NCBI GenBank assembly: GCA_900088475.1
Contig: FLMG01002209.1
Location: 2,176-66,175, forward strand
Length of the DNA: 64,000 nt
Origin: Hyphochytrium catenoides
Lineage: Eukaryota > Protista > Hyphochytriomycota
Reading direction: 5' to 3'
The notes under the pieces are model-generated. The model was not told where the DNA came from, searched no databases, and worked only from the letters and a program-made list of their open reading frames with translations. Shown in pieces: positions 22,540 through 34,500 of the stretch; the first letter of the stretch is position 1, and the number at the start of each line of letters is the position of its first letter. The position numbers and the translations under genes were made by a program.

Positions 22540-25500
22540 ATGGTGAGAAGGAGCCACAGGGCTCGCTCAGAGCCCAATCGCTGGCAGAATGAAAGCGTAC
22601 AGGAGGAGAGGAGAGAAGAACAAGTGCAGACTCTCCGTGAACCGAAGGAGAAAGACCGTCGGACGCTCTCCAAGGCTAAGGTCGCCACTGGTGATAGTGG
22701 GACTGAGAGTGAGGACTTAACCGTGCTAGAGACGCCTAGAAAGAGCAGAGACACACCGAAAGAGAGGGGCGAGGATAGAGCTACTGGCCGAAGCATAGGA
22801 AGAAGAGGACGAGGGAGAAATGTTCGTGAAGTTGATGAAGCCCCGTTGGCTACAGAGCTGTCGCCTAGGCCTTCTCGAAAAACACGTACACCTCCTCCCA
22901 CTATCAGCAAGAAGCAAAAAGGAGAAAGTTCGCCGGCACAGTCTCTCCAACCTGATGCGTCAAAAATCAAGGCAGGGAAGAAGCGGAAGCGATCCGCAAT
23001 CACTTCCGGCGGCTTTGACGGCGAGCCATTAAGAGTTAGGCTAAGAAAAACTGGGCCAGGTCTTTATGTTCCGCTCCCGCCATCTCAAGGCGGGCGGCTG
23101 GGACAGAGAGGGTACGAGGACAATGAGAGCGGAGAGGAAGGTAAAAAAACATCAGGCAAGAAGAAGAAGGCTCTTGCAAGCAAAGGAGACCAAGAAAAAG
23201 AGAGTGCGTCACCTCCCAAGCTCAGCCGGAAGCAGAAGCTGAAAGAACAGAAAATACGCAAAAAGCGCCAGAGGATTGCGCTGAAAAAGCTTGCTGACAG
23301 AGTAGAATCGGTAGGCATCCTTTGTATAATCTCTGGCCCCCTGTTTTGCCAATGCTGCTTTTGCTCGTCATTGTTAATTGTTCGGGCTAGTACCGTGTAG
23401 GGGATCTGTCCGTGCCAACTTCGGCGGCTGCTCCCTCCTGGCAACGGAACTGGTCTCCGATTCTTGTCCGTCTGTACATATAATTGTTCTGTTCTCAACT
23501 GCCGAAGAGCCCCCCGCCTTGCATCTCTAAGCGTTTGTCCCCTTCCCTCTTTGTCTCTCCTCTTAGTGGGGCGGTGATCGTGCCACTGTCGTGGGTTGGA
23601 AAGCGCACTTTCTCGGTCGTTTGGATTCGAAAAAGGTTTCCTACTACCTTTCGCCCGATAAGCAGCGCTTCACCTCCTCCATTGAAGTTTTGTCTTATCT
23701 TGGCCTATTGGAGGAAGCTGAAACAAAAGCGAGAGCAGCGGCTTTTGAAGGAGCTAGGAAGAGAATACGCTGGCATCTGGCCTCTTGCATTAGACAACCT
23801 TCTTGGTCTCTCACTCTCTCCTCCCAGAAGTTGATCATTAGACGTCTGGGCTATATCGTTCCTCTTCCCAACTTTCACACAGAGAAAAACTTGTTCCCGG
23901 TATGTCAATCTCCGTCGTCCATACAACTCTAAGTTTGGTCCTGTTGGGTCCTTGTGACTGCGTGCCATCCACAGGGCTCGAAGGGTTCTTCAGCTGGAAA
24001 GGACGCGTTGCATAGCCTAGGCAGTTCGTGTTCCCGCCCCATGCTTTCTCTATTTTTGTTACTTATGTGTTCCTTATCCTGCGGATGCCCTTGTATTCGG
24101 CTCATAATGACTAAAACTATGTCCAACCAGGTTTACTATGAGAGTGCCAGGGCAGTAAGGCTGGACGCCGATACCACTTCTCCTGAAGAGAAGATTGATG
24201 ATGCAGAAGAAAGAGGACGAATTGTGCTACTTTGTTTTGGTGAGCTGATCTCAAACAGATTGACCTCTTTGTCAAATTAGTGGGTTTAACGTTATGGCGT
24301 CAGCAAGCAACAGATATTGGAATGCATCCGCTAGCGTAATGTGTTAGAATTCGTTTCCTTCTTCGCAGTTTTAGGGTTAGGGGATCATCTTGACCTAAAC
24401 AATGTTGCCTGCAGGAGTGCTCCCTGCTCCCAAGGAACCTCTCGCACCCATGTTCCGCGTGAAGATTGTAGAACGGGAGGACCAGCGTACCCTTCAGGGT
24501 AAGAGGAAAGAGGCCGCATCTTACTCTTCTCATCAAGGCGTTCGTGTCCCGTCTGTCTTTTCACCGAACGGACTCCTACTAAATCGGATGCTCTCTTTGA
24601 CAGTCATCACGGCAACGACGCCCAAGGAAGCCTGGGAGAGGTCACTTCAGAGTTTGGAAAGACTAGGGAGTTTGAGAGTCGACGAAGACCTTCAAGAGGC
24701 TCCCACTGTCCTCAGTAACGAGGAAGCCGTTACGCATCCTTTCCTTCACCTACTGGGAAGACAGATGAACATAGGTCCAGCCGATGAAAAAGAAGTCCCA
24801 ACTGAAACCTCAAAGTCCATCAGCTCAACTATTATGTCAGTACGGTTAGCGGCCTCGGAGGCATCTTCAGCTGAAGTGGCAGGGCAAGAGTTGGACACGA
24901 GCAAAACTGCAGACGTGGTAGAGGTGGCGCTGGCGGACTACTCTGTGCACGTTCTATCTCTGGCCGAACTTACCTCTCGTCTCATTCCGCTTTCTGCGGA
25001 GGCAGAGGAGCGAGAAATATACACAAGCTCGGCCCTTGTTTCCCTGGATATATCTCCAATCACTGTCCCTCTATCGGCTGCCCGGACTGTGTCTGATGGA
25101 TTTGGCTTCAGTATCCCTTATGTCAACTCTCTCCTCGAAGGCCTTCCAGGGGCTGCTTGGTCCCAGGCCTATGTGTTTAGAGCGATAAGGCTGAAGAAGC
25201 AGGAGGACGAAGAGAAGAAGAGAAAGAGGAAACACTCCGCATCCTCTCAGCGAGATAAAGAGGAAGAAGCACTTGAGAAAATGCTAAGAAAGGAGGAAGA
25301 ACAAGCGGCCAAGGCTGCCAGAAAGAGGGCCAGAGAGGAAGAAAAAGAGTTCAGGAAGGCACAAAAGGAAGAAGAAAAGAGGAAGAAGGAAGAAGAACGT
25401 CAGGAAGAGAAACGGAAGAAGGAGGAAGAAAGGCTGGAGGAAAAAAAACGAAAAGATGAGGAGAAACAAGCGCGATTTGCAGAGAGAGAGGCACTTCGAA

Positions 25501-28500
25501 TTGACAGGGACCGTCTCGCCCTGGAGAGGAGATTGATGATGGAGGAAGAACGACGGCAGAAGGAAAGAGAAAAGGAAGAGAAGTTCCGAGAGAGGAAGAG
25601 AGAAGCAATGGAGAGGAAAGTTATGGCAGATGAGGAAAAGGCGCTTCGCAAGTTCTATCGGCAAGAAGAAAGGGAAAGGACGCTACAAAGGAGAAGAGAA
25701 GAAGCAGAACAGGCTCGAAAGCAACGAGGAATGGACAAGGTGGGTGGCTACGCCTTGAGGGCACAAAACTCATAGCTTTTCAACCTACCAGCTGACTGTC
25801 TAAGCTTTCTGTTCCCTCGGGCTTGCTCATTTCTTTGTTCATTGATACGTCGTTCGAGCTGTTGCTCTGCCCAAACGTAACTCAGATTTCTCCTTTTCCA
25901 ACTGAGCAGAAGAGTCTCCGAAGCTACAAGGCACGGTTACGGGAGGAGCACGAGATGGAAGAAGCCCGAGCGGCTGCACTGGCAAGAAGACGAGCCGAAT
26001 GGGAACGACTGCTTGTCCGGGGCGTAGAAGAGTCTGTTTGGAACAGGGCGAAGTTCGAGGCGCTGCTGTTGGTTGACCCGCTGGTGGCGGCCGATAAGAG
26101 GCTGAACAAGCTCTTCCCTATCAGTGGCCCGACTACTGCCAGCACTACTCCTGCGCTCTCTCAAGAAGATAGCCATTGGGATTCTCCGGAGCCACCAAAT
26201 GCTGTGCGTTGCTTCTCTTCCTGTGCCGCTGAGGACCAAGGGGAACTTCTAAGTGTTCTAGACTTCTCTCACGCTTTCTTGCCTTCGCTGGGCTTCCACC
26301 CGGCTACGGAGGTGACACTGGAGGAGGCCATTTTGCCAATCCCGCCGTCGGTAGCTTCTCCCACACTCTCTCTATCGCACCTCATCCTTTCCGATCCCTT
26401 TCCAGACGCCTGGACGAAATTCTCTCGGCTAGCGTTCTCTTTGGTCCGTGCCGTGGTTCCTGATTTGTGGAGAATCCGCCAAGGAGAGTCTGTGATGGAA
26501 GAGGGCACCGCCGAGACCGACCGTTTGCGGCCAGACTTTGAGCGGACTAAGCCAATCTCGGCCCTGTCCTGGCCGGAGCTGGCTCGGCAGTGCCTGAAAG
26601 CTGCGGTTCAGCTTGAAAAGGGGACGCCTGCTGAAAGGATAGTCGACCTAATCTGGGGCGGAACGGGCTTCCAACCGTCACGGAGGAAAAGCATTGCGAG
26701 GAGCCAAGAAGAGGAGAAGGAACATCCCATTGTTTTGATGCTCTACCATAAAATTCATGAGAGAGGAAAGGCTCTGGTTGAGCCAGCTGTTCAACCAGGA
26801 CACATTACCGAAGAATCTGCCAAGGGAGGCAAGGTATCGGAGGTAAGCCAGCAAGAAGGCGGAAATGCGCTTCCGTCTACTATCGAACAGAGGGCCAAAT
26901 CAACATCAGACACTGGCCAGTCACATATGGAGATCGAAGGTGTGGACCTGACGCAGACGGGGAACAACAAGCGAGAATCTGTGGAAGGTAATCAGTCCGT
27001 GGAAGTAGGAGTGAGTCAAATTGTGGAAGGTGAAGTGAACAGGGCTACTCAGATCTTAGAAGATAAGGCACCCTCGGAAAGACAGCCGTCGGAAGGTGCC
27101 GGAGGAATTCTAAACATGGGGGCAATAAGTGCCGCCAAAGAGGAGGACAATGAGTCCCAATCAGGGAAAGCTCTGCTACCACACTCGGAGCAGAAAGGCC
27201 TGTCAACCCCTGCAAAAGAGCCCGCGAAAGAGAAGACCTTCCCCACGCCGACGCTTTTGCCCTCATCCATCGCTCCAGATACCTCACAATTACCAGACGG
27301 CAAAGAGTTGAAGGAGGAAAAGGAGAAATCAAGTGACAAGGGAGATAGCGATCCACGCAAAGCACCTGGCCAGATTCAGCTGGTTCTTGACCTGATGAAA
27401 AGAATAGTTCGTGCTTTACAAGCCAAGGACTATTCTCTCCCTTTTAGAGAGCCGGTCGACTCCAATCTCTATCCAGATTATTTCCTCAAGGTAAAGAAGC
27501 CTATGGATCTCTCCTCCATCTTATCCAAGGTAGAAGATGGAGATTACCTGGAAGACGCGGAGACTGCGGTGCAAAAGGCAAAGAAAGCTTCAGAGGAAGA
27601 GAAGGATAAAGCAGGAGAGGAAGATGCAACGCCTCAAGAACTCACAAAGCAACTCATCTCCCTCTTCCGCGGCGACATTTCACAGATATGGAAGAACTGC
27701 CGGATATATAATGACTCCTCGTCACAGATCTGTATCCTTGCAGATAAGATGGAAGCTGTCGCCAACAGGTTGCAAAGAGAAGGTCTATCTTGCTTCCTTT
27801 CCCCTGAAGGGGAGCTTCTCAAAGAGGAGGAAGAGATCAAGCGTGAACTGGTCAATGAGGATATCTGTAGGGCTTGCAAGAGAGGAGAAAACCTCGAGAG
27901 AATGCTCCTGTGCGATCGCTGCGACGCGTCTTTTCACACCTACTGCCTGACTCCTCCTCTGGATGACATTCCGGACGGAGACTGGTTCTGTCCTGACTGT
28001 GTGGAGGACGAATCTTTCTGGTCGAAGGAAACAGGCTTTGCGGAAGAAGAGAAAGCAGGAGAAGAAGATGAAGAAGGACGGGGAGGGGACAAAGGAGAGC
28101 TAGATGGGGTCCGTCTGCTTCGGGAGGACCAGAAGGGACGCATGATGAACGCAATCAAGCTCCTGTCTCGAGAGGATGTGACAACACTGGTGAGGAGAAG
28201 AGTACAGCTAAGAATAAGGGTGTTCGGCTTAGTCGTCAACGCCGAGATGAAATATCATTAGAGACTATAAAAGCACATGGGAGGAGCAAGGTGGAGCCTG
28301 GCTATATGACGAGCTGGGTGGCGATGACTTTATGCTTCGCGTGTTGCTCTGACGTCAAAGTCTCACTACGATCTCTATCCCATGCCAGATCCCATCCGAG
28401 CGTGTGTATGTCCTCCGAGCCCTGTGTGACATGGTGCTCTACCTCTCGGGAGCAGCTCAGCAGTAAGTCAGACAGCATCCATATCATAATTCAACCCTAC

Positions 28501-31500
28501 CAACCTCCTTGTCTTTCTGGTCACCCTTTAGCTCCATTCAAGGTTGTCCTATCTATTCTACCGTCTATGGTTTGGCCCTATTAGCTACGTTCTCTCTGAC
28601 CGTACCTCCACTTGATGCTGAGTAGAAAGCTGACGCAAGCAGATGCGAGAGTTGAAGAGTTACGCTCGATGTTCCCTCATGACGGAACGAGGGAAGTGCG
28701 ACGGGGATGGTATGAATTCCATGCTCCAGCGAAAAGGTCATCGGCTTTCCCCTTGCAAGGTCTCTTCCAAAACGACCCTCGGTCGCCTCCCACTGCTGAG
28801 CTTGAGAACAAAGAGAAGAATTTGAATGGAAACACGGACGAAGAGACGGAAGCCGAAGCAGAGGGGAAAGATTCCGAGGCACAAGTGATGACCCAGGACA
28901 AATTTGATCCCGGCAGACCAGTCATCGTTCAAAGCTTGCGTGAGCCCATGCTTCAGCCCATTCTCGGGGATGTGGAGGAGAGCAAGCCGGATAAGGGAGA
29001 AGCTGAAGGCAAGAAGGAGGGAAGTAACGCCAAGGATGAGGTGGAGAATGGTAAAGGAAGACCTGAAGCACAGCAACAGGAATACAAGACAGAGGAGCCA
29101 AATAGAACCGCTTCGGGAGAGCAGAGCTCAGTCCCTCGCAGCGGTTCAACTTCTCCATCTGTGGCAGTAGGGGAACCAGCATCAGGAGATATGAAGACGC
29201 CACAGCTCTCTAGTCTGTCTCCGGTCCGCCAGCCTCCGACAACTTCCGCTTATGACGCTTCAACGGCAGCGAAAGACCGCCCCAATGCTGCAGTCAACGC
29301 AAGTGAGCCTCCCTCCACCTTCCACCTCCCCCCTGTCCAGGAGGGCCCAAGCAACGAAGAAGACAAGGGGGCGGACGGTTCTCATTCTTTGGCGCCTGTT
29401 CGCCCTAGCACCACAGCAATAGAGAAGAAAGAGCATAGTGCGGTATCTTTGGAGAATTCTGTAGTTGCTCCGCCGAGTCCAAATAGGCTAGCTGCAGGGC
29501 AAGGTTCAGAGAATGTCCAAGATATTCTGCCGCCGCCTGAGCCCATGGATCTTGAAGAGGAGAAGGGCGAACTGTCACAGAGCAACCTGCAAAGAGTAGA
29601 GAAAATGGAGGTTGACGAAGCCTCTAGATCAACCTCAGAGGGACTAGCGCCGTCTCCTTCGCATGAGAATCTGGGGATGGCTCGTGAGCCACAGATAGTG
29701 ACAGGGAAGATCACCCACAACTCGAGCCCGTCAAAGAGTGAAAAGACGTCTGAACGGGAACCCAACAAGACAGAACCAATGACATCAATAGAGCTTGAGA
29801 AGGCATCAGAAGAAGGAGAGAAGGGTGACGACGACATGTCTGACTCTCTTACTGAGTACTCGGTCTCTTCAATAGACGGCTACTCTGAGCTCAACTTCTC
29901 AGATGAGGAATTAGCCGAACGGGAAGAAACTGAAAGAGCAGAGGAAGAAGCAATGGAACATCTCATGAACAAGCACGTGTGTGAGCTTCTGCAACTCTTG
30001 GATGAAGAAGACAGTCTTAAGACAAGGCAGAAAGAGACGGAGGAAGGATTGTGCAAACTCTGCGGTACAGCTGCTCAGGACCTGGAATGTGGGTTTATTT
30101 TTGCGCAGATTCCGCCTTTTTTCGAGGAACTTCTCTCTTATTCCGGCCTACCTCTACCCCGGGAGATAGAAGCGCAAAGAAGAAGAGAAGAGGAGGAAGA
30201 AAGACGGAAAAAAGAGAGAGAAGAGGAGAGAGAGAAGAAGCGAAAGGCTGCTCTTGCTGCCGTTTCGTCAGCTGTCCCCGAAGATATCTTCAAACTTAGC
30301 TTAGCAGAGCTCATGCAAGAGGGAGCAGTGACCGACGAGGATCTCATTCAAGTTCGGGTGTATGAGCGGCAAGTGTCTATGATTCTGCGAGTTACTTTAG
30401 AGGGATTCATCCAAGTCAAGGACTTTGTGACGCTGGATGACGGTTCTCAGGGCCCTGTGCAACGAGATGGAAGGGTCAAACGCGGGGACGTTCTCTGGAC
30501 CATAGACAACCAACTTCTTGGGCGGCCCCCTCTCTCGCTCCAAGAGACCATTACGAAGATTCGGACATCTGATAGGCCAATCCGTCTCGGATTCTGTCCT
30601 CATCCCTCTAGAGCGGAGATTGGGGAAAGAAAGAAGCAAAAGAAGGTAACTCGACCAAAAGTTGAGAAGCGAGCGGAGGAGGAGATAGCTACGCCAACGC
30701 CTGTAGCTCCTCCACCTCCCCAAATGCCGGAGCGGGTACATTGGCTTTGCGTCAACGCCCTTATCGAGTCCCGGCGCAGCGCCCTGGCAGCCATCAAGCG
30801 CACCTTAAGAGCAGATGAGGCCGACATAAAACTAAGAGCCAGTCTTGTCCGCACTCTGCCACTAGGAACGGACCGCAAGGGCTCTCAGTATTTCAAGCTG
30901 TTGACTCCTGAGCACATGAACTGTCTGTACGTAAGCAGGAAAGATAGTGGCTGGTGGTGCTATAAGGGAGTCAAGCAGGTAAGCGCAGGCACAGAGCACC
31001 GAGTTCCTTATGTTGGATCCCACTCAGCGGGTCGTATAAGTCTCTCAATTCTGTCTTTTGACTAGAGGCCTGATTTCCTTCCCTGCTACATTGGAAGGGC
31101 TCTGCCTGTACCGCTTTCTACCTCATTCAGTCTTATGTCTTGCGATTCTGACTCTCACTCCCTCATGCTTGTTTTCGCCTTACAGATTTCAAAGCTTGCA
31201 GAACAGTTAGACGGTCAAAAGTGCGTGGAGGAAGCAAGTTTAATAACGCAGGTGGCGCTGCGTTATGAGTTGCCGACTTCCCTCTCGTCTTTGCTAAGGC
31301 ATCTAAAGCAAGAGGCTTTGAGAGAGAATCCACTTCCACCAGAAATTTATACTCTTCGGGCTCCCGGTCTTCCTGTCACTCCTGTTCCGCCCTCATTCAG
31401 TGCCGATACGCCAGCACCAACGCTTCAGAAGCTAGAAGAGGAAGATGAGAAGAACCTCAGGTTCCTGCTCTTTCCTCCAGGTTTCAAGCTACGGGCTCAG

Positions 31501-34500
31501 AAAGTTGTTGCAAAGCTAGAGGCAAAGAGGAAAAGCGAGGAGCTCATTCTCTCGCTTGACGCCTCTAAAAAGAGCAAGGCAGTTGCTGCTAAGGAGACGA
31601 AGCTAGATAAAAAGACGAAAGAAAAGAAGAAAGAGGAAAAGAGAAAGCAGCTCGCCCTGCAAGTAAGCAAGGGCCAACAATTGTCGCAGCCTCTCTCTCC
31701 TCAAAGTGCAGCGCAAACGCAAACCTTCCATGGCTTAGCCCGAGTGATAGGGAAGGTGTTGGCTCATTGGGACGAGTGCCAAAAGGAGGTAAGAGGACTG
31801 CACTCAGATCTTGGTTGGAGTTACCTTGTTGGCTTGCAATGACTGTCACGTTTTCCTCCTAGCTCCATGCCTGCCCTATGCCACTATGTCGCGCTCTCCT
31901 CACTCTTTTGAGTCTCTTGGTCTGTTGAATAACATCACAATCAGCTGATTTCCTGTTCTCTTTCTGCTAGCTTACATTGGCAAGAGCGTACACGCTGTCT
32001 GCCTCCTCCACGTCCTCCCTTCAGAAGATCTATCAGTTTCTTCTGGATAGAGGATCCGGATGGAGCTTGGCTCAAATGCACTCTGTCTGTTGCTGTGTGG
32101 TCGCGATCATCTATTCTACGCAGGTACAGCGGAGATCGGTTGGTGGCTTCATCTTTCGAGTTCGGGAAGATGGACTTCCTGCCCTTACGATACCAGCTAA
32201 ACCCTGCCACTCACCTCCTTTCACTTCTCCTCTTCGGTGATGTCTGCCTTGGCCGTTCCTCTCTGCGTCAGAGAAGTTAAGAGTTGCTGCTTCTGTTCGT
32301 TAAAGTACTTTATGCAAGCGTGATATGTGCTATCAGACCGTCTCTTATGTCTAACCCTCATGTTGGTCCTTATCTCATAGGTACTGAAGGGAGTTACAGC
32401 TCCTGAGCTGTCTGGAGAGCTAGTTCAAAGACTTCGTCTGGTCTCCAGAAAGGTAGTAGCAGCTATCTTTTCCCTTATCAGACAGCCGGGCACGGCTACT
32501 GCCAAGCAGGCCAATGAATGTTGGGCCGCTTTACGCAGTCTGACCGGTAAGGTCAAAAGCGGGGATAATCTCCCAGCCACGTTGCTGTCGGCACTGAAGA
32601 AGGTGGCGGATGCACCTCGTTCTTTGTTCTTTTCCTTCCCGGTCCCGCTGCAGGATGATCCCGGAACAGTAAGACCTGTGATCGTCATTGAAGAGACTGA
32701 GGGTCAACTGGGCAAGCCATTGGTTAAACCTAGAGTTCCTAAGGTTCTGAAAACTGAGGGCGGGTTACCGGGAGAGGTGGTAGAGAAGGAAGAAAGAATG
32801 GGAGAGGGTCGAGAAGGGACAACGACGAAGGAGGTCGTCCAAGCTCCAACTTCGCAATCCGAAATGGGCGGGACTGCGTCAACATCCTCGTCGGTCGGTG
32901 TCGGGGATGTTGGTGCCCTTGACCCTCTCCAGCCTTCAGCTGCACTGTCTACGTCCTCAAACGCTCCTTCCTCACTGCTGGACTCCTCCGGCGGCATTGA
33001 TCTGCTTGCCTCAGTCACGGCTGGGGCGATGCCGGAGAGCTCTTCGATCTCTCTCCCACTAGCGGATAACTTCTCAAGCGTGCCTCTATCCTTCTCTTCC
33101 ACGGGCCCTACCTCCATATCTACATCGCTCTCATCCTCTCTCCCGGCCTCTCAATTCTCCATGGGTGTACCTCAGGTGTCCTCTAGCTTTTCGCTTGGTA
33201 TCGGGTCTTCATCTGTATCACAAACTTTAGGAGGTGGCATTGACCCCACAAACCCCTTCTCCGCTGCCTCTCAACCACTATCCTGGGCAGCCTTACAATC
33301 CCAAGGACAGCAGCAGTGGCCGGACTGGTCCTCTGCTTCTCCGTATCTACTTCCTCCTGGCATGGCGGGATCATCTCTTCTCTCGAATCAGCTCGCTGGA
33401 GCTTCTCTCGCCTCATCTTCTATGGATCCCTACACCTCTTCCTCACTCCTGCTCTCAGGAAGGAATGTTCTCTCTTCAGGATCCTCTCTACCAATGCTGG
33501 GTCAACCTTCGTACAATGCTTTCAACCCGATGATGGACAACAGACTGAACCCATTCCAATCACTTCCGGATGTCTCCATGCCTGCGTCCTCCATGCCGCC
33601 CTCGTCCGGTTCTTCCGCACTTCCTTTTACGCCAAACTTGGCAGCCTCCTTGCTTGGAGACACGTCACCCTTCGCAGTTACCGATCTTCAAGTTCTAAAG
33701 GCGGCAGCCGCGGCGGCAGCAGCGACAGGAGGTAGAGGCTTTGCTTCCCCAGGTATGGGAAGATACCCTCAGACTGGCCACCCAGCTCCTCCAGGTGCGC
33801 GTCATCCGTCCGCTGTCTCTCCACGCCCTCCCCCACCAGGCGGGGCTCGATCTGCCCCTCGTGGACCTCCTTCCTCCTCAGCCAGAGCTGCGGCAGCACC
33901 AGCTTCTCCCTTCTCCCCGTCTCCTCCCCGTTCTCCCGCGCCGACCCAAGATCCGGCTCGAGTAACAGTTCCCGTGAAGGCGGGATCTTTGGGGTTAATG
34001 TTAGAGCCTGCAGGGGATGTGGGCGCAGTTTTGACTGGATTTGTAGAAGGCGTCGAGAACTCTACCCTGATCAAGGCTGCAGGGGTTACCGTGATGAGTA
34101 AGATCATGAGCATCGCACAGAAGGATCTCTCAAACCTGACATTGTCTGATATTGTGCGGGTCATCTCCTCTTCCGCAAAGATGCACAACCGTAAGGTGGT
34201 CTTCTTGCTTCCGCAAAACAGGAAAGAGAAGAAGGGGAAGAATGTGGCTTCATCGTCTTCTTCCTCTCGGTCCTCTGCAATTCCTCCTCGTGGTCGCACG
34301 TTGTCTGCATCTTCTCCTAAGTCCAGCGCTTCACAACTGTTAACCAACTCTTTCACTTCTCCATCAAGTACCTCTTCCCCTTCTTCCTCGCAATCGAAAA
34401 GCGTTCGTTCCGAGACTCCAGGGCAAGGCACTGTTGGCCAAAAGAAGAAGAAACTGACGGTGGATGAAGGCACGCCGAAGAAGAAGATGAAGTTGTCGGA

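Noticed and set aside
27732-27739. GTATCCTT, a perfect U12 GT donor motif
   Set aside because: It lies inside the continuous bromodomain coding sequence (ICILADK), and no matching U12 branch site was found.
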